Below are positions 1 to 10,185 of a stretch of 33,911 nt of DNA, in pieces (the stretch's first letter is position 1; every line of letters begins with the position of its first letter). The position numbers were made by a program, and so were the translations under genes. The stretch covers positions 43,967 to 77,877 of the forward strand of contig BLSG01000162.1 in assembly GCA_012862495.1 (NCBI GenBank), written 5' to 3'. The notes under the pieces were generated by a model, which was not told the DNA's origin, ran no database searches, and saw nothing but the letters and a program-made list of their open reading frames with translations. The stretch comes from Thraustochytrium aureum (lineage: Eukaryota).

Positions 1-2107
1 CTCCTCTGAGATAGCGAGAACAAGGAGACGCCCTCCGGCAGCATCGGCCGTAGCCAGGCCGCTTGCCAGGAGCTCCCCGAGCGGCTCGTCGATGCGCGAC
101 GCTGGCGAGCTGCTCAGCGCGGTCGCCGCCTCAACAAGTTGGATCGACGCGCGCGCCTGCTGCGAAGGCTGTCCCACCAGCGCGGCACGAAATGTCGGCG
201 GCAAAAGGCCAAGTCGGACCTCGGCCGTAGCTCGTCGCGCGAGCGCAAGGCCGAGGCGGCGCGCTGTGTCATTCTTGGCTGTCCGTCGAACGACAAAAAG
301 CGCGGCGTTGCTGTCGCTCGTTGGGTTCGGCCGCACGTTTGAAAGCCATTTGAGCGATAGCCTGCCGCGTGCGACGTCAACGCCAGTAACCAGCGCCGGC
401 GCAGCGGATGACACACCAACGGCGAAACTGGCGCCGCGTGAAACGCCCTCTGCGACTGCCTCGGCGCGGCAAACGAACACTGGCAGCCCGTCGTCAGGGA
501 GGCACGCCCACTCAGCCACTACCATGGGCGGGGTGCTGTCGAACGATACGGCGAGCGTATTCTGGGCGACAAGGGAGGCGGAGAGCGCTGTCCGCGCCCA
601 TCCTTCGAAGACGAGCGGTTTATGCTCGGAGGGCTCGAGGTGCTGTAGAGCGGTCCGAACCTCGATTGTTGCTGCGAGTTGACTGAGGTCCATCAAGAGT
701 CGGCACTCGTCTGCGAGCGCGTCCTCCTCGCCGAGCGCGAGTGGGACGGTCGCACGAGACCGGATTGTTTCACGAAGGCTCGTCTCGCGCCCCATGAGGT
801 CTTGCGGGGTGAACAGGCCAGTTCCGGGGCAGCGCTTCGAGAAACGCCTCGGGCTTTGCCGCGTTCTCGAGCTTGCTTCCAACTGCCGCAACGCCCTTGT
901 GCGCCCTGCGCAAGATCTCGCGCAGCAGCTGCGGCGAGCGCTCGAGCGGCGCCTGGGCGAAATCGAAGGCGGGCGAAGCGCCGTGAACTAGGCCGAGAAG
1001 CTGGCAGAGCTGGTGCAACAAATCGGCGGGCACTGCCTCCAAGGCCCCGTTGCGGATGCGGTTGGCTGCCTCTGCGCACGAGGCGAGCGCGAGGTCGCGC
1101 AGCTCGTCGTTTGCGTCGAAGTGGCGGAGCGCGACGCGCTGAAGAAGGCGGACGCGTGCAACAGATTCGCGCTCTAATAGGGAGACGGACTTGCCGCCGA
1201 CGGCGAGCGCTTGGTCGAGGCGCTCGAGGGCGTCCTCGACCCCGGCTCCACCATCGCTCGCTGGGTAAGCACAACGGCACCGCGGCACGAAGGCGGCGTC
1301 GTCCAGTAGCAGCGCGAGGAAACGCCGGGCGACGCCGATGCGCGCGCATGTGGTGAGAAACTCTAGCGTAGCTGCGGCAGGAGGTGCGCGGAGCGAGGGC
1401 GCTGCCCCGCTCGCCAGGGGCTCCAACACGGCCGACCAAAACTGCATGAGCTCAGAAAGCGACGGCCCCTCCGGCTTGGTCGGCGCTCGCTCACGCTCGA
1501 GGAGGGCCGCCCACTGGCGCGCGGCGGCGGGCGACCCGCGAAGATGCGCAGCTAGTCGGGCAGGGCTCACCATCTGCCAGAGCCGGTGCGAGAGAATCCC
1601 GAGCATGCTGCGTCGGACGGCTTTGATGTCGAGCCGCTGCAGGCAAAACGTGAAAAACCGCAATATCTGGTCGGCGATGAGCGCGTCCCCGCTTGCGTTA
1701 GAAACCCCTGCCAGCAGCCGCGAGAAGAGCGCGTCCAGCGCAGGGCCGTGGTGTTTGGCAGCGCCTAGAAGAAAGGCGTGCCGCAACGCATCTGCGGGCG
1801 CGGCATTGAAGGCCACGACCATCATGACAACATGCTGTGCAGGCATTTCCGTCGGCGCACGGGCAAACCGCGGCCAAAGCGAGCCGAACAGCGCGCCGCG
1901 CGTCTCGAGCTCTGCCGCCTCTTCCCGCCGATGTGCAGGCGTCCCCGTCTCGCTCTTCACGCCAGCCTCAACCGCGGCATAGGCAAGGTCGACAAGAGCG
2001 CCGCCATCCAGGTCCTCGTCAGTCCCGCCCGCACCCCGCGCGGCCTCCTGCCGCCGTCGCTTGGGCGAATCGGGCCCGGCCACGGCACTGGCCCGCTTTG
2101 AGGGCAT
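1..2107 (-). CDS. Divergent Aquarius (intron-binding spliceosomal helicase)-like protein, 3' end beyond window; +1 frameshift at about 826-829
   Basis: ATG at 2107 (MPSKRAS...). Motifs recall the Aquarius N-terminus: LFGSLWPRF..HVVMMVVAFN, FFTFCLQRLD..VRRSMLGILSHRLWQMVSPARL, LQRVALRHF..LRDLALASC..LCQLLGLV. Removing one base of the G4 run at 826-829 (C4 on the coding strand) opens a frame to position 1. That frame contains VFEGWARTAL (AQR FxGWARMA), LFVVRRTAKND (AQR xxRRxPKENN) and LPPTFRAALVG. Confidence 0.7.
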
Positions 2108-2736
2108 CGCCCGCGCGAAGGCAACCAACAGCCTGCTCCGGGCGCTGCTCGCTTGCCACCAACGCTGCTCTGCCGCGCCGCAGCAGCCCCGCGCGAGCAA
2201 AACGAGCCTTTAAAGAACACCTTCGGCGAACCCCGTGCGGCCCTGTCGCGAGCTCGCTTGTTCTTTAATCAAGGTGTGCGCTCGTTCCCCCTCTTCGGAG
2301 CCGTTCCGTTCCGCAGAACAAAACCAAGGTGCGCACACGTTCCCCNNNNNNNNNNNNNNNNNNNNNNNNNNNNNNNNNNNNNNNNNNNNNNNNNNNNNNN
2401 NNNNNNNNNNNNNNNNNNNNNNNNNNNNNNNNNNNNNNNNNNNNNNNNNNNNNNNNNNNNNNNNNNNNNNNNNNNNNNNNNNNNNNNNNNNNNNNNNNNN
2501 NNNNNNNNNNNNNNNNNNNNNNNNNNNNNNNNNNNNNNNNNNNNNNNNNNNNNNNNNNNNNNNNNNNNNNNNNNNNNNNNNNNNNNNNNNNNNNNNNNNN
2601 NNNNNNNNNNNNNNNNNNNNNNNNNNNNNNNNNNNNNNNNNNNNNNNNNNNNNNNNNNNNNNNNNNNNNNNNNNNNNNNNNNNNNNNNNNNNNNNNNNNN
2701 NNNNNNNNNNNNNNNNNNNNNNNNNNNNNNNNNNNG

Positions 2737-2820
2737 GAAGGATGGACGGACGGACGGACGGATGCGCGGACGGCGCTGGGCTCGACTGACTGGCTGACTG
2801 ACTGGCTGACTGACGGACTG
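2737..2820. repeat. Tetranucleotide microsatellites (GGAC/GGAT)n and (GACT/GGCT)n upstream of SDH4
   Basis: ggatggacggacggacggacggatg and gactgactggctgactgactggctgactgac read directly, adjacent to an N gap. Confidence 0.85.
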
Positions 2821-2902
2821 TGCGGGGGGCTGCGCAGGAGAGTGGGCGGTGAGCTGTTGTTGTAGTAGTACTCGTTGCCGGTGTTTTGTTGTCGGCGGAA
2901 GG

Positions 2903-3481
2903 ATGATTCGGGCCGTGGCGCCGCTCGCGCGGCACGCGCTTGTGCAGAACGGGGTGCGCCACGCGGCACGGGCTGGCGCTCCGCGCATGCTTGCCACCAA
3001 GGCGCAGGATGGGATGAACATCGTTGCTGCCGACCAGACCATGAGCATGCAAAAGATCTTTCACATGACCAGCGTGGCTTCCCTGGGGCTGGTCCCGTTG
3101 GCCATGGTCGCCCCTGCGGCCGTGGCCATGCCCATTGACGTGGTGCTCTCCGTGGTTCTCCCCCTGCGTAAGTAGGCTGGCGCTTGTTCGGCGCTTTGCA
3201 AGGTTGTTTTCTTCGTCACGGTCACCGTCCACCGGCGCAAATTGCTAACACCCTCGGGAATGCACTGCGCAGACGGCCACATCGGCCTCAACTGGATCAT
3301 CACGGACTACGTTCCGGGAGCAGGGCCCAGCAGCGCACTGCGCATGGGCCTCACTGCCGTCACCGCGCTCGCCGTGCTCGGCTGCCTGAAGGTGAGTGTG
3401 ATGGACGGTGGCCTCACCGCCGCAGCTCTTGCCACTTGGAAGGACCCTGAGGAGCTCAAGAAGAAGAGCAAGGCCGAGTAA
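2903..3481 (+). CDS. SDH4: Succinate dehydrogenase cytochrome b small subunit (CybS); exons 2903-3167 and 3273-3481
   Basis: Arg/Ala-rich mitochondrial presequence (MIRAVAPLARHAL...). The spliced product reads DVVLSVVLPLHGHIGLNWIITDYV, the CybS heme-His and DY quinone-site motif. Hydrophobic helices follow; stop TAA 3479-3481. Confidence 0.93.
3168..3272 (+). other. Spliceosomal intron in SDH4 (phase 1)
   Basis: GTAAGT donor at 3168, GCTAAC branch site at 3244-3249, CAG acceptor at 3270-3272. Removal recreates the conserved His codon C|AC. Confidence 0.93.
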
Positions 3482-3847
3482 CCTGCTCGTCGCGGCGCGA
3501 TGCGGGTCTATTCGAGGCTCTGACCGGTCAAGTCGAAACACAAAATTCATTTTTTCTTTGCATCTTGCCGATAGATCAGGACAGGAGAGATTGGAAATAG
3601 CGGCCCAGCCAGCTGCACAAAAGCCCATCGTCTCAGATAGAAAGCCCGAGGTTTGCAGCTGGCGGAGCCTGTTGGCAAGGTATGCCCTCAAGAAGTGTTT
3701 TTCCAGCGCCAACCAGCGCCGGGATCAAACCAAATCCACGCCCAGGCTGCGCTGCCTGCGCATTCAGCTAGGCGAGTAACCAAGAGGCATATCGCGTGGC
3801 GCGCTCCGTTTAGCACGCCCAGCCCAGCCCAGCCGAGCGCGCCCTGC

Positions 3848-4182
3848 TCACCCAAACACGCCTGCACGCCGTAGGTGATGTGTAGCGCGCCGTTGCGCGC
3901 GAAGGTCTGCGAGAGCTCGCCTAGCTCCTGGTCCGGCCGCGGCACAAAGCACTTCTCCACGACGAGGACGAGCGCGTCCTGCCCGAGCTTCTCCTTCAGC
4001 AAGCGCTGCACGTCCATCACGCGGACGTCCGACTTGAACTTTAGCGATTTCTTCTTGAGCACCGGCGCGTTCGCCGCGTCAAAGTTGACGAGCACCGGGA
4101 AGGGCTCGCGCGATTCCTCTCGATCGAGAGTGCCCGCAGCGAACGCCCTGGCCCCCGCGCCGGTGTCGCCCGCCGTCGCCAT
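3848..4182 (-). CDS. ATG12: Ubiquitin-like autophagy protein ATG12 (C-terminus ambiguous: TGA at 3850-3848 needs a 1-bp correction; as read, the ORF runs to 3688)
   Basis: ATG 4182. VLVNFDAANAPVLKKKSLKF..VQRLLKEKLGQDALVLVVEKCFVPRPDQELGELSQTFARNGALHITYG matches the ATG12 pattern (APiLK..kf, FaPsPDq.v..Ly..F...g.L.v.Y). Confidence 0.88.
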
Positions 4183-4842
4183 TATCGAAACATCTGTTNN
4201 NNNNNNNNNNNNNNNNNNNNNNNNNNNNNNNNNNNNNNNNNNNNNNNNNNNNNNNNNNNNNNNNNNNNNNNNNNNNNNNNNNNNNNNNNNNNNNNNNNNN
4301 NNNNNNNNNNNNNNNNNNNNNNNNNNNNNNNNNNNNNNNNNNNNNNNNNNNNNNNNNNNNNNNNNNNNNNNNNNNNNNNNNNNNNNNNNNNNNNNNNNNN
4401 NNNNNNNNNNNNNNNNNNNNNNNNNNNNNNNNNNNNNNNNNNNNNNNNNNNNNNNNNNNNNNNNNNNNNNNNNNNNNNNNNNNNNNNNNNNNNNNNNNNN
4501 NNNNNNNNNNNNNNNNNNNNNNNNNNNNNNNNNNNNNNNNNNNNNNNNNNNNNNNNNNNNNNNNNNNNNNNNNNNNNNNNNNNNNNNNNNNNNNNNNNNN
4601 NNNNNNNNNNNNNNNNNNNNNNNNNNNNNNNNNNNNNNNNNNNNNNNNNNNNNNNNNNNNNNNNNNNNNNNNNNNNNNNNNNNNNNNNNNNNNNNNNNNN
4701 NNNNNNNNNNNNNNNNNNNNNNNNNNNNNNNNNNNNNNNNNNNNNNNNNNNNNNNNNNNNNNNNNNNNNNNNNNNNNNNNNNNNNNNNNNNNNNNNNNNN
4801 NNNNNNNNNNNNNNNNNNNNNNNNNNNNNNNNNNNNNNNNNN

Positions 4843-5530
4843 GTACTCCAAGTCCAAAACGATGGCAGAGCGCGCAGCATGGGCGTTTTTGGAAGAAAGA
4901 CGCGCCAAGGGGCTGCCCACCCCCGAGCTTGTGACAGTAAACCCATCGCTCGTAATCGGCCCCCCGCTCAGCAACTCGTGGGCTACCTCGCATCAGCTGC
5001 CGTACCAGTTCCTCTTCGAGCTTCCTGCAGCTCCCAACGTGTACCTCGGGACGGTTGACGTGCGCAATGTAGCGGAGGCGCACGTGGCCGCGATCCAGGT
5101 CCCTGGGGCGGCTGGCATGCGGTTCTGCTGCCAGGCGCAGAGCACCCGTTTGATCCGTTGGGCGCGGACGCTGCGAAGCGAGTTTGGCAAGTACGGGTTC
5201 CGCCCGACGCGCTTCGAGCTGCCCAACTGGGTATCCAAGCTTGGCAGCTACATCAACGGCGACCTGGCCTTCATGCTACCTAGCATCGGCAAGGGGCCGC
5301 GCGACATCCATTGCCAAGCCGCTGAGACCGTGCTCGGCATCACGTGGATTCCAGAGCGCCAGAGCATTGTTGAGCACGTCGCCGGGTGCTTTTCCACTGG
5401 CGTCAAGGGATTTCGGCCCACACGAAAATACATGGCTGCGCTCGCCAAGAATTCGCCGAGCGCGGCCACCTCGAGCGCTCCGGCGCCCGCGACACTGCAG
5501 CCCGTCGGCCAGGCGCTGCAAGTCTCGTAG
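4843..5530 (+). CDS. Extended SDR, NAD(P)-dependent reductase of DFR/cinnamoyl-CoA reductase/GRE2 type, tandem copy 1 (5' part in gap)
   Basis: Catalytic YSKSK (YxxxK), then AERAAWAF, VNPSLVIGP and VDVRNVAEAHV; stop TAG 5528-5530. Confidence 0.9.
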
Positions 5531-5681
5531 TGAAAGTAGCGGAGTGTCTGTACTGGCCAAGCGTTCTTTCTGCTGTCAGAGTCTCTGAGCTGAGAAGAAA
5601 TAAAAAAAAGTCTCGTCATCGGCTCATCTTTTATCGTCATCCGGGCAGACTCGTCGACGCAGGCTGGGGTGCTTGCGCGTC

Positions 5682-5721
5682 TGCGACCTCTCGATCGTGT
5701 GCGACCTCTCGATCGTGTGCG
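5682..5721. repeat. Perfect 18-bp tandem duplication TGCGACCTCTCGATCGTG x2.2
   Basis: Read directly at 5682-5699 and 5700-5717. Confidence 0.9.
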
Positions 5722-6732
5722 TGGCATGCCCCTTCAAAGCACCCAGGTTCACGAACGCCACGGTGGTCCCCAGTCCGACCGCGACGACCCTGTTGCCGCG
5801 CAAGTGTCACACGCACACACCTCGCACTCGGCTCGGACACACCTCGCACTAACCCGATTGGAGTAAGTAGGGAGTGAGTAGGTACCTACCTACCTACCGG
5901 GATGCGCTGCCAGCCAGTGCTTCGCGCCGACTCGGGGTCGCAAGACGTCTGCTGGAGTGGTCGACAACGGCCAGATCGCGCGACAATCGCGACAGATCCC
6001 AAAGCCAAAGCAGCACAGAACGATAATTTCTCCCGTCTGGATTCCACAGCAACATCCGAACCGAGCAGGCGGACTCGAGCAAAACAAGCGNNNNNNNNNN
6101 NNNNNNNNNNNNNNNNNNNNNNNNNNNNNNNNNNNNNNNNNNNNNNNNNNNNNNNNNNNNNNNNNNNNNNNNNNNNNNNNNNNNNNNNNNNNNNNNNNNN
6201 NNNNNNNNNNNNNNNNNNNNNNNNNNNNNNNNNNNNNNNNNNNNNNNNNNNNNNNNNNNNNNNNNNNNNNNNNNNNNNNNNNNNNNNNNNNNNNNNNNNN
6301 NNNNNNNNNNNNNNNNNNNNNNNNNNNNNNNNNNNNNNNNNNNNNNNNNNNNNNNNNNNNNNNNNNNNNNNNNNNNNNNNNNNNNNNNNNNNNNNNNNNN
6401 NNNNNNNNNNNNNNNNNNNNNNNNNNNNNNNNNNNNNNNNNNNNNNNNNNNNNNNNNNNNNNNNNNNNNNNNNNNNNNNNNNNNNNNNNNNNNNNNNNNN
6501 NNNNNNNNNNNNNNNNNNNNNNNNNNNNNNNNNNNNNNNNNNNNNNNNNNNNNNNNNNNNNNNNNNNNNNNNNNNNNNNNNNNNNNNNNNNNNNNNNNNN
6601 NNNNNNNNNNNNNNNNNNNNNNNNNNNNNNNNNNNNNNNNNNNNNNNNNNNNNNNNNNNNNNNNNNNNNNNNNNNNNNNNNNNNNNNNNNNNNNNNNNNN
6701 NNNNNNNNNNNNNNNNNNNNNNNNNNNNNNNN

Positions 6733-7057
6733 GGTTCTCAAGGAGGAGTTTGGCCGATTCGGGTACCACCCCGTGCGCTTTGAGCTGGGCTACACTATTT
6801 GTTGGCTGGCCAGCTTTGTGATGAGCGATATTGCCGCAGTACTGAAAGACATCGGGGCCGGCCCCAAGGACCTTGACTGCGCGCTGGCGGAGAACGTGCT
6901 CGGGATCAAGTGGACCAACGAGCGTGAGAGCATTGTCGAGCACGTGCACGCGTGCTTGAAGTTGGGCGTCTCGGGCTACAAGCAGTCCAAAAAGTACAAA
7001 GCGTTCCTCAGCGGTGAAGATAGCAAGGCCGCCGTCTCGACCCCGGCTGAGGTGTAG
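6733..7057 (+). CDS. Extended SDR reductase, tandem copy 2 (only C-terminus visible)
   Basis: VLKEEFGRFGYHPVRFEL...GPKDLDCALAENVLGIKWTNERESIVEHVHAC is colinear with the copy 1 C-terminus; stop TAG 7055-7057. Confidence 0.85.
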
Positions 7058-7197
7058 CTGGAGCGAGCTCAAGCCCAGGCGTTGTCTATGTGGAGCTCTA
7101 CTCGATCTTGATAAATTTGAAAACGATGACGATTTGTGAGTTGTAAATGTGATCCAAAAACAGCCCGCGGTTTCCGTTGCGCGCAGAGATGGCCCGT

Positions 7198-7299
7198 CGC
7201 AGGCTGCCGACGCGAAACGCAGGCTGCCGGCACGAAACGCAGGCTGCCGACACGAAACGCAGGCTGCCGACACGAAACGCAGGCTGCCGGTACGAAACG
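7198..7299. repeat. 20-bp minisatellite, 5 copies, consensus CGCAGGCTGCCGACACGAAA
   Basis: Head-to-tail units with no spacers; variation is confined to three adjacent positions (ACG, GCA, ACA, ACA, GTA). Confidence 0.95.
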
Positions 7300-7750
7300 T
7301 TCGTGACAAACTTGTTGACGACCACCCGCGGGTCGAATGAGTTGCACCGAGCAACCCCTTGTCGCAACAGACGATGATAACCATATGAAGCCTGTGTGCC
7401 ACCCCACCAGTTGCCTCGAACACGAAGGGGAGGAAGGTCTTGCCGGAGAGCGACACCTTAGCTGTATGTTTGCTGTTTCCCAGCTTCGCGAATCGCCGAG
7501 ACGCGGCCACCTGCCCCGCGCGGGTGAGGAAGGGGATGGCAGTGACGGGATCCTGCGCTCGTGGTCCGTCGATCAGTTTGCTTCGGCTCCCAGTGCGGGA
7601 GTTCGGTTCAAGTCCGCGAATTGCGAAATACTTGGCAGTGCGCGAGGATCGCATGGGCCTTCTTTGCTCAAACAGCCATGCCTATCGATCCGAACCTCCA
7701 TCGCAGCAAAGCCAACGCCCGGGGGCGAAAGACGGAGCCAGCTTCAATGA
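7290..7750 (-). mobile_element. Decayed, 5'-truncated non-LTR retrotransposon fragment encoding a restriction-like endonuclease (RLE; CRE/R2-superfamily type)
   Basis: Minus-strand translation FAIRGLEPN...KLIDG..AQDP...AGQVAASRRFAKLGNSKHTAKVSLSGKTFLPFVFEATGGV resembles the RLE C-terminal pattern (pD...lD....P...aA....K..KY.....F.P.v.E..G). Frames break on both sides and no RT domain is seen. Confidence 0.6.
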
Positions 7751-9335
7751 TAGAGTGAGTGGGTGAGTAGCTGCACCCAAGGAGCTGCACCCATAAAAAA
7801 ACCCACGGTCATGCCGCCAACCGGCCTACGCTTGCGCGCTGCGGGCGCTCAGGGCCCAGGCCTCTGTCCCGCGCTAGGTCGGGGGCGCGTTTGCTGCTGC
7901 ATCTACCGGCAGATAGGGCACTCGGTAGTGCAAGTACTCAGTACTCTAGCTAGCAGAGCACCCGCCGACCGACTCTCTTGCCGCGTATGTGCCTGGAATG
8001 GGCGGACTCTCTTCCGAGGAGCATGAGCATCCGTATTGGTTGTGCAGCACTGAGACCTGTACCACCAAATGCTGCTCTTCGACGTACCACGTACCGGTAG
8101 GTACTCCTATACCTACTCGACCCGAACCCCTCCGTGTCGACTCCGAGGGTCGAAGTAGTATCGATACAATGCGTTTACTCATGGGGCATTTTGACTCGAG
8201 GCTTGGCGACAACGGCGCTACATTTTATGCCCGGAAATAACCCAGGATAACCCCGGAGTGCCGTGCATAGGCGCAAAGCTTGCCAAGAGGCTGTATGTAG
8301 TGTGTCCCGTTTGGGGCTATTTTGGTGCCTCCTGTTTCGCACCGTACCTACCGGTACCTTTCACTTTTTCAAGATTCGCGCATTGCACGCGTTTTTGATG
8401 ATGACGAGTCCTGCCTGCCAGCGAGCGCTTCAGGCCGACTCCGCGGGTCGCAAGCAGACCGCTGGCCTGCCAGAGGCCTGCCTCGCCGAGGTTGCCAGGG
8501 CAAACCCCAAACCCAAGCAAGAACAAATCAACGACACGGCAAAGCCGAGCAAAACAAACAAATTTCGCTCGAGGCCGCAGCAACGCAGCAACANNNNNNN
8601 NNNNNNNNNNNNNNNNNNNNNNNNNNNNNNNNNNNNNNNNNNNNNNNNNNNNNNNNNNNNNNNNNNNNNNNNNNNNNNNNNNNNNNNNNNNNNNNNNNNN
8701 NNNNNNNNNNNNNNNNNNNNNNNNNNNNNNNNNNNNNNNNNNNNNNNNNNNNNNNNNNNNNNNNNNNNNNNNNNNNNNNNNNNNNNNNNNNNNNNNNNNN
8801 NNNNNNNNNNNNNNNNNNNNNNNNNNNNNNNNNNNNNNNNNNNNNNNNNNNNNNNNNNNNNNNNNNNNNNNNNNNNNNNNNNNNNNNNNNNNNNNNNNNN
8901 NNNNNNNNNNNNNNNNNNNNNNNNNNNNNNNNNNNNNNNNNNNNNNNNNNNNNNNNNNNNNNNNNNNNNNNNNNNNNNNNNNNNNNNNNNNNNNNNNNNN
9001 NNNNNNNNNNNNNNNNNNNNNNNNNNNNNNNNNNNNNNNNNNNNNNNNNNNNNNNNNNNNNNNNNNNNNNNNNNNNNNNNNNNNNNNNNNNNNNNNNNNN
9101 NNNNNNNNNNNNNNNNNNNNNNNNNNNNNNNNNNNNNNNNNNNNNNNNNNNNNNNNNNNNNNNNNNNNNNNNNNNNNNNNNNNNNNNNNNNNNNNNNNNN
9201 NNNNNNNNNNNNNNNNNNNNNNNNNNNNNNNNNNNNNNNNNNNNNNNNNNNNNNNNNNNNNNNNNNNNNNNNNNNNNNNNNNNNNNNNNNNNNNNNNNNN
9301 NNNNNNNNNNNNNNNNNNNNNNNNNNNNNNNNNNN

Positions 9336-9643
9336 CGTTCTCAAGGAGGAGTTCGGCCCACTCGGGTACAACCCTGTGCGTATGGAGCTGGGCTACACTG
9401 TTTGTTGGCTGGTCAGCTTTGTGGTGCGCGATCTTGCCGCTTTACTGAAAGACATCGGGGCCGGCCCCAAGGACCTTGACTGCGCGCTGGCGGAGAACGT
9501 GCTCGGGATCAAGTGGACCAACGAGCGTGAGAGCATTGTCGAGCACGTGCACGCGTGCTTGAAGTTGGGCGTCTCGGGGCTACAAGCAGTCCAAAAAGTA
9601 CAAGGCGTTCCTTGGCAACGAAGCTAGCAATGCTGCCGCCTAG
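9336..9643 (+). CDS. Extended SDR reductase, tandem copy 3 (C-terminus only; extra G at 9576-9579)
   Basis: Near-identical at nucleotide level to copy 2 (from ACTGAAAGACATC to GTCTCGGG). Copy 2 has TCGGGCTAC where this copy has TCGGGGCTAC. The corrected frame ends SGYKQSKKYKAFLGNEASNAAA-TAG. Confidence 0.8.
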
Positions 9644-10185
9644 ACCCCTGGGAGCAGTGCTGCCGCCTCGACCTCGGTAGTCTTGGCCTTGGTAAAGAAA
9701 CCGCATTTTCGTTTCGAAGAAAGCCTCCTTGGCACCAAGTTCCGGCGAAGTAGCAAAGTAGCTACTAGTAGTAGATAGCGTACTACACGCATGCGAATTC
9801 CACCGTCATGCCGCCAACCGCCGGCACCCCGCGCAACGGGCTCATCGGGCGCCGTGCTCCGTCCCGCACAAGCCTGCGCCCAGCCGAGGCCGGGGCCGGG
9901 CGCGCAGGCAACCGCATGCACAGCGTGTCGCACGGGTCGAAAGGTGGCACTTCTGGACTTGTGCTCCTCGGCAAGCTTCAGGAGTGTAAGTGAGTAAGGT
10001 GTGCAACAATGAACAACCAACAGCACGCACAGCAGGTCAAGCCGTGAAAACGATCGCGTGGCCAGCGAGGACTGCCCCGCTCAGCTGACTGCCGACTCGG
10101 CGGCGCACAGGCTCGAGGACCTGCCGAATCCTGTCGCGTTGGGCAGGGCTTTCTGCTGAACAGCGCCTCCTCAGGAAGTGGCCTC

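Noticed and set aside
7198..7299. CRISPR-like array
   Set aside because: Units are contiguous 20-mers with no unique spacers, there are no cas genes, and the context is eukaryotic.
9336..9643. SDR copy 3 as a pseudogene
   Set aside because: The extra G fits the window-wide homopolymer error pattern, and the TCG-to-TAG change removes only a few non-conserved terminal residues.
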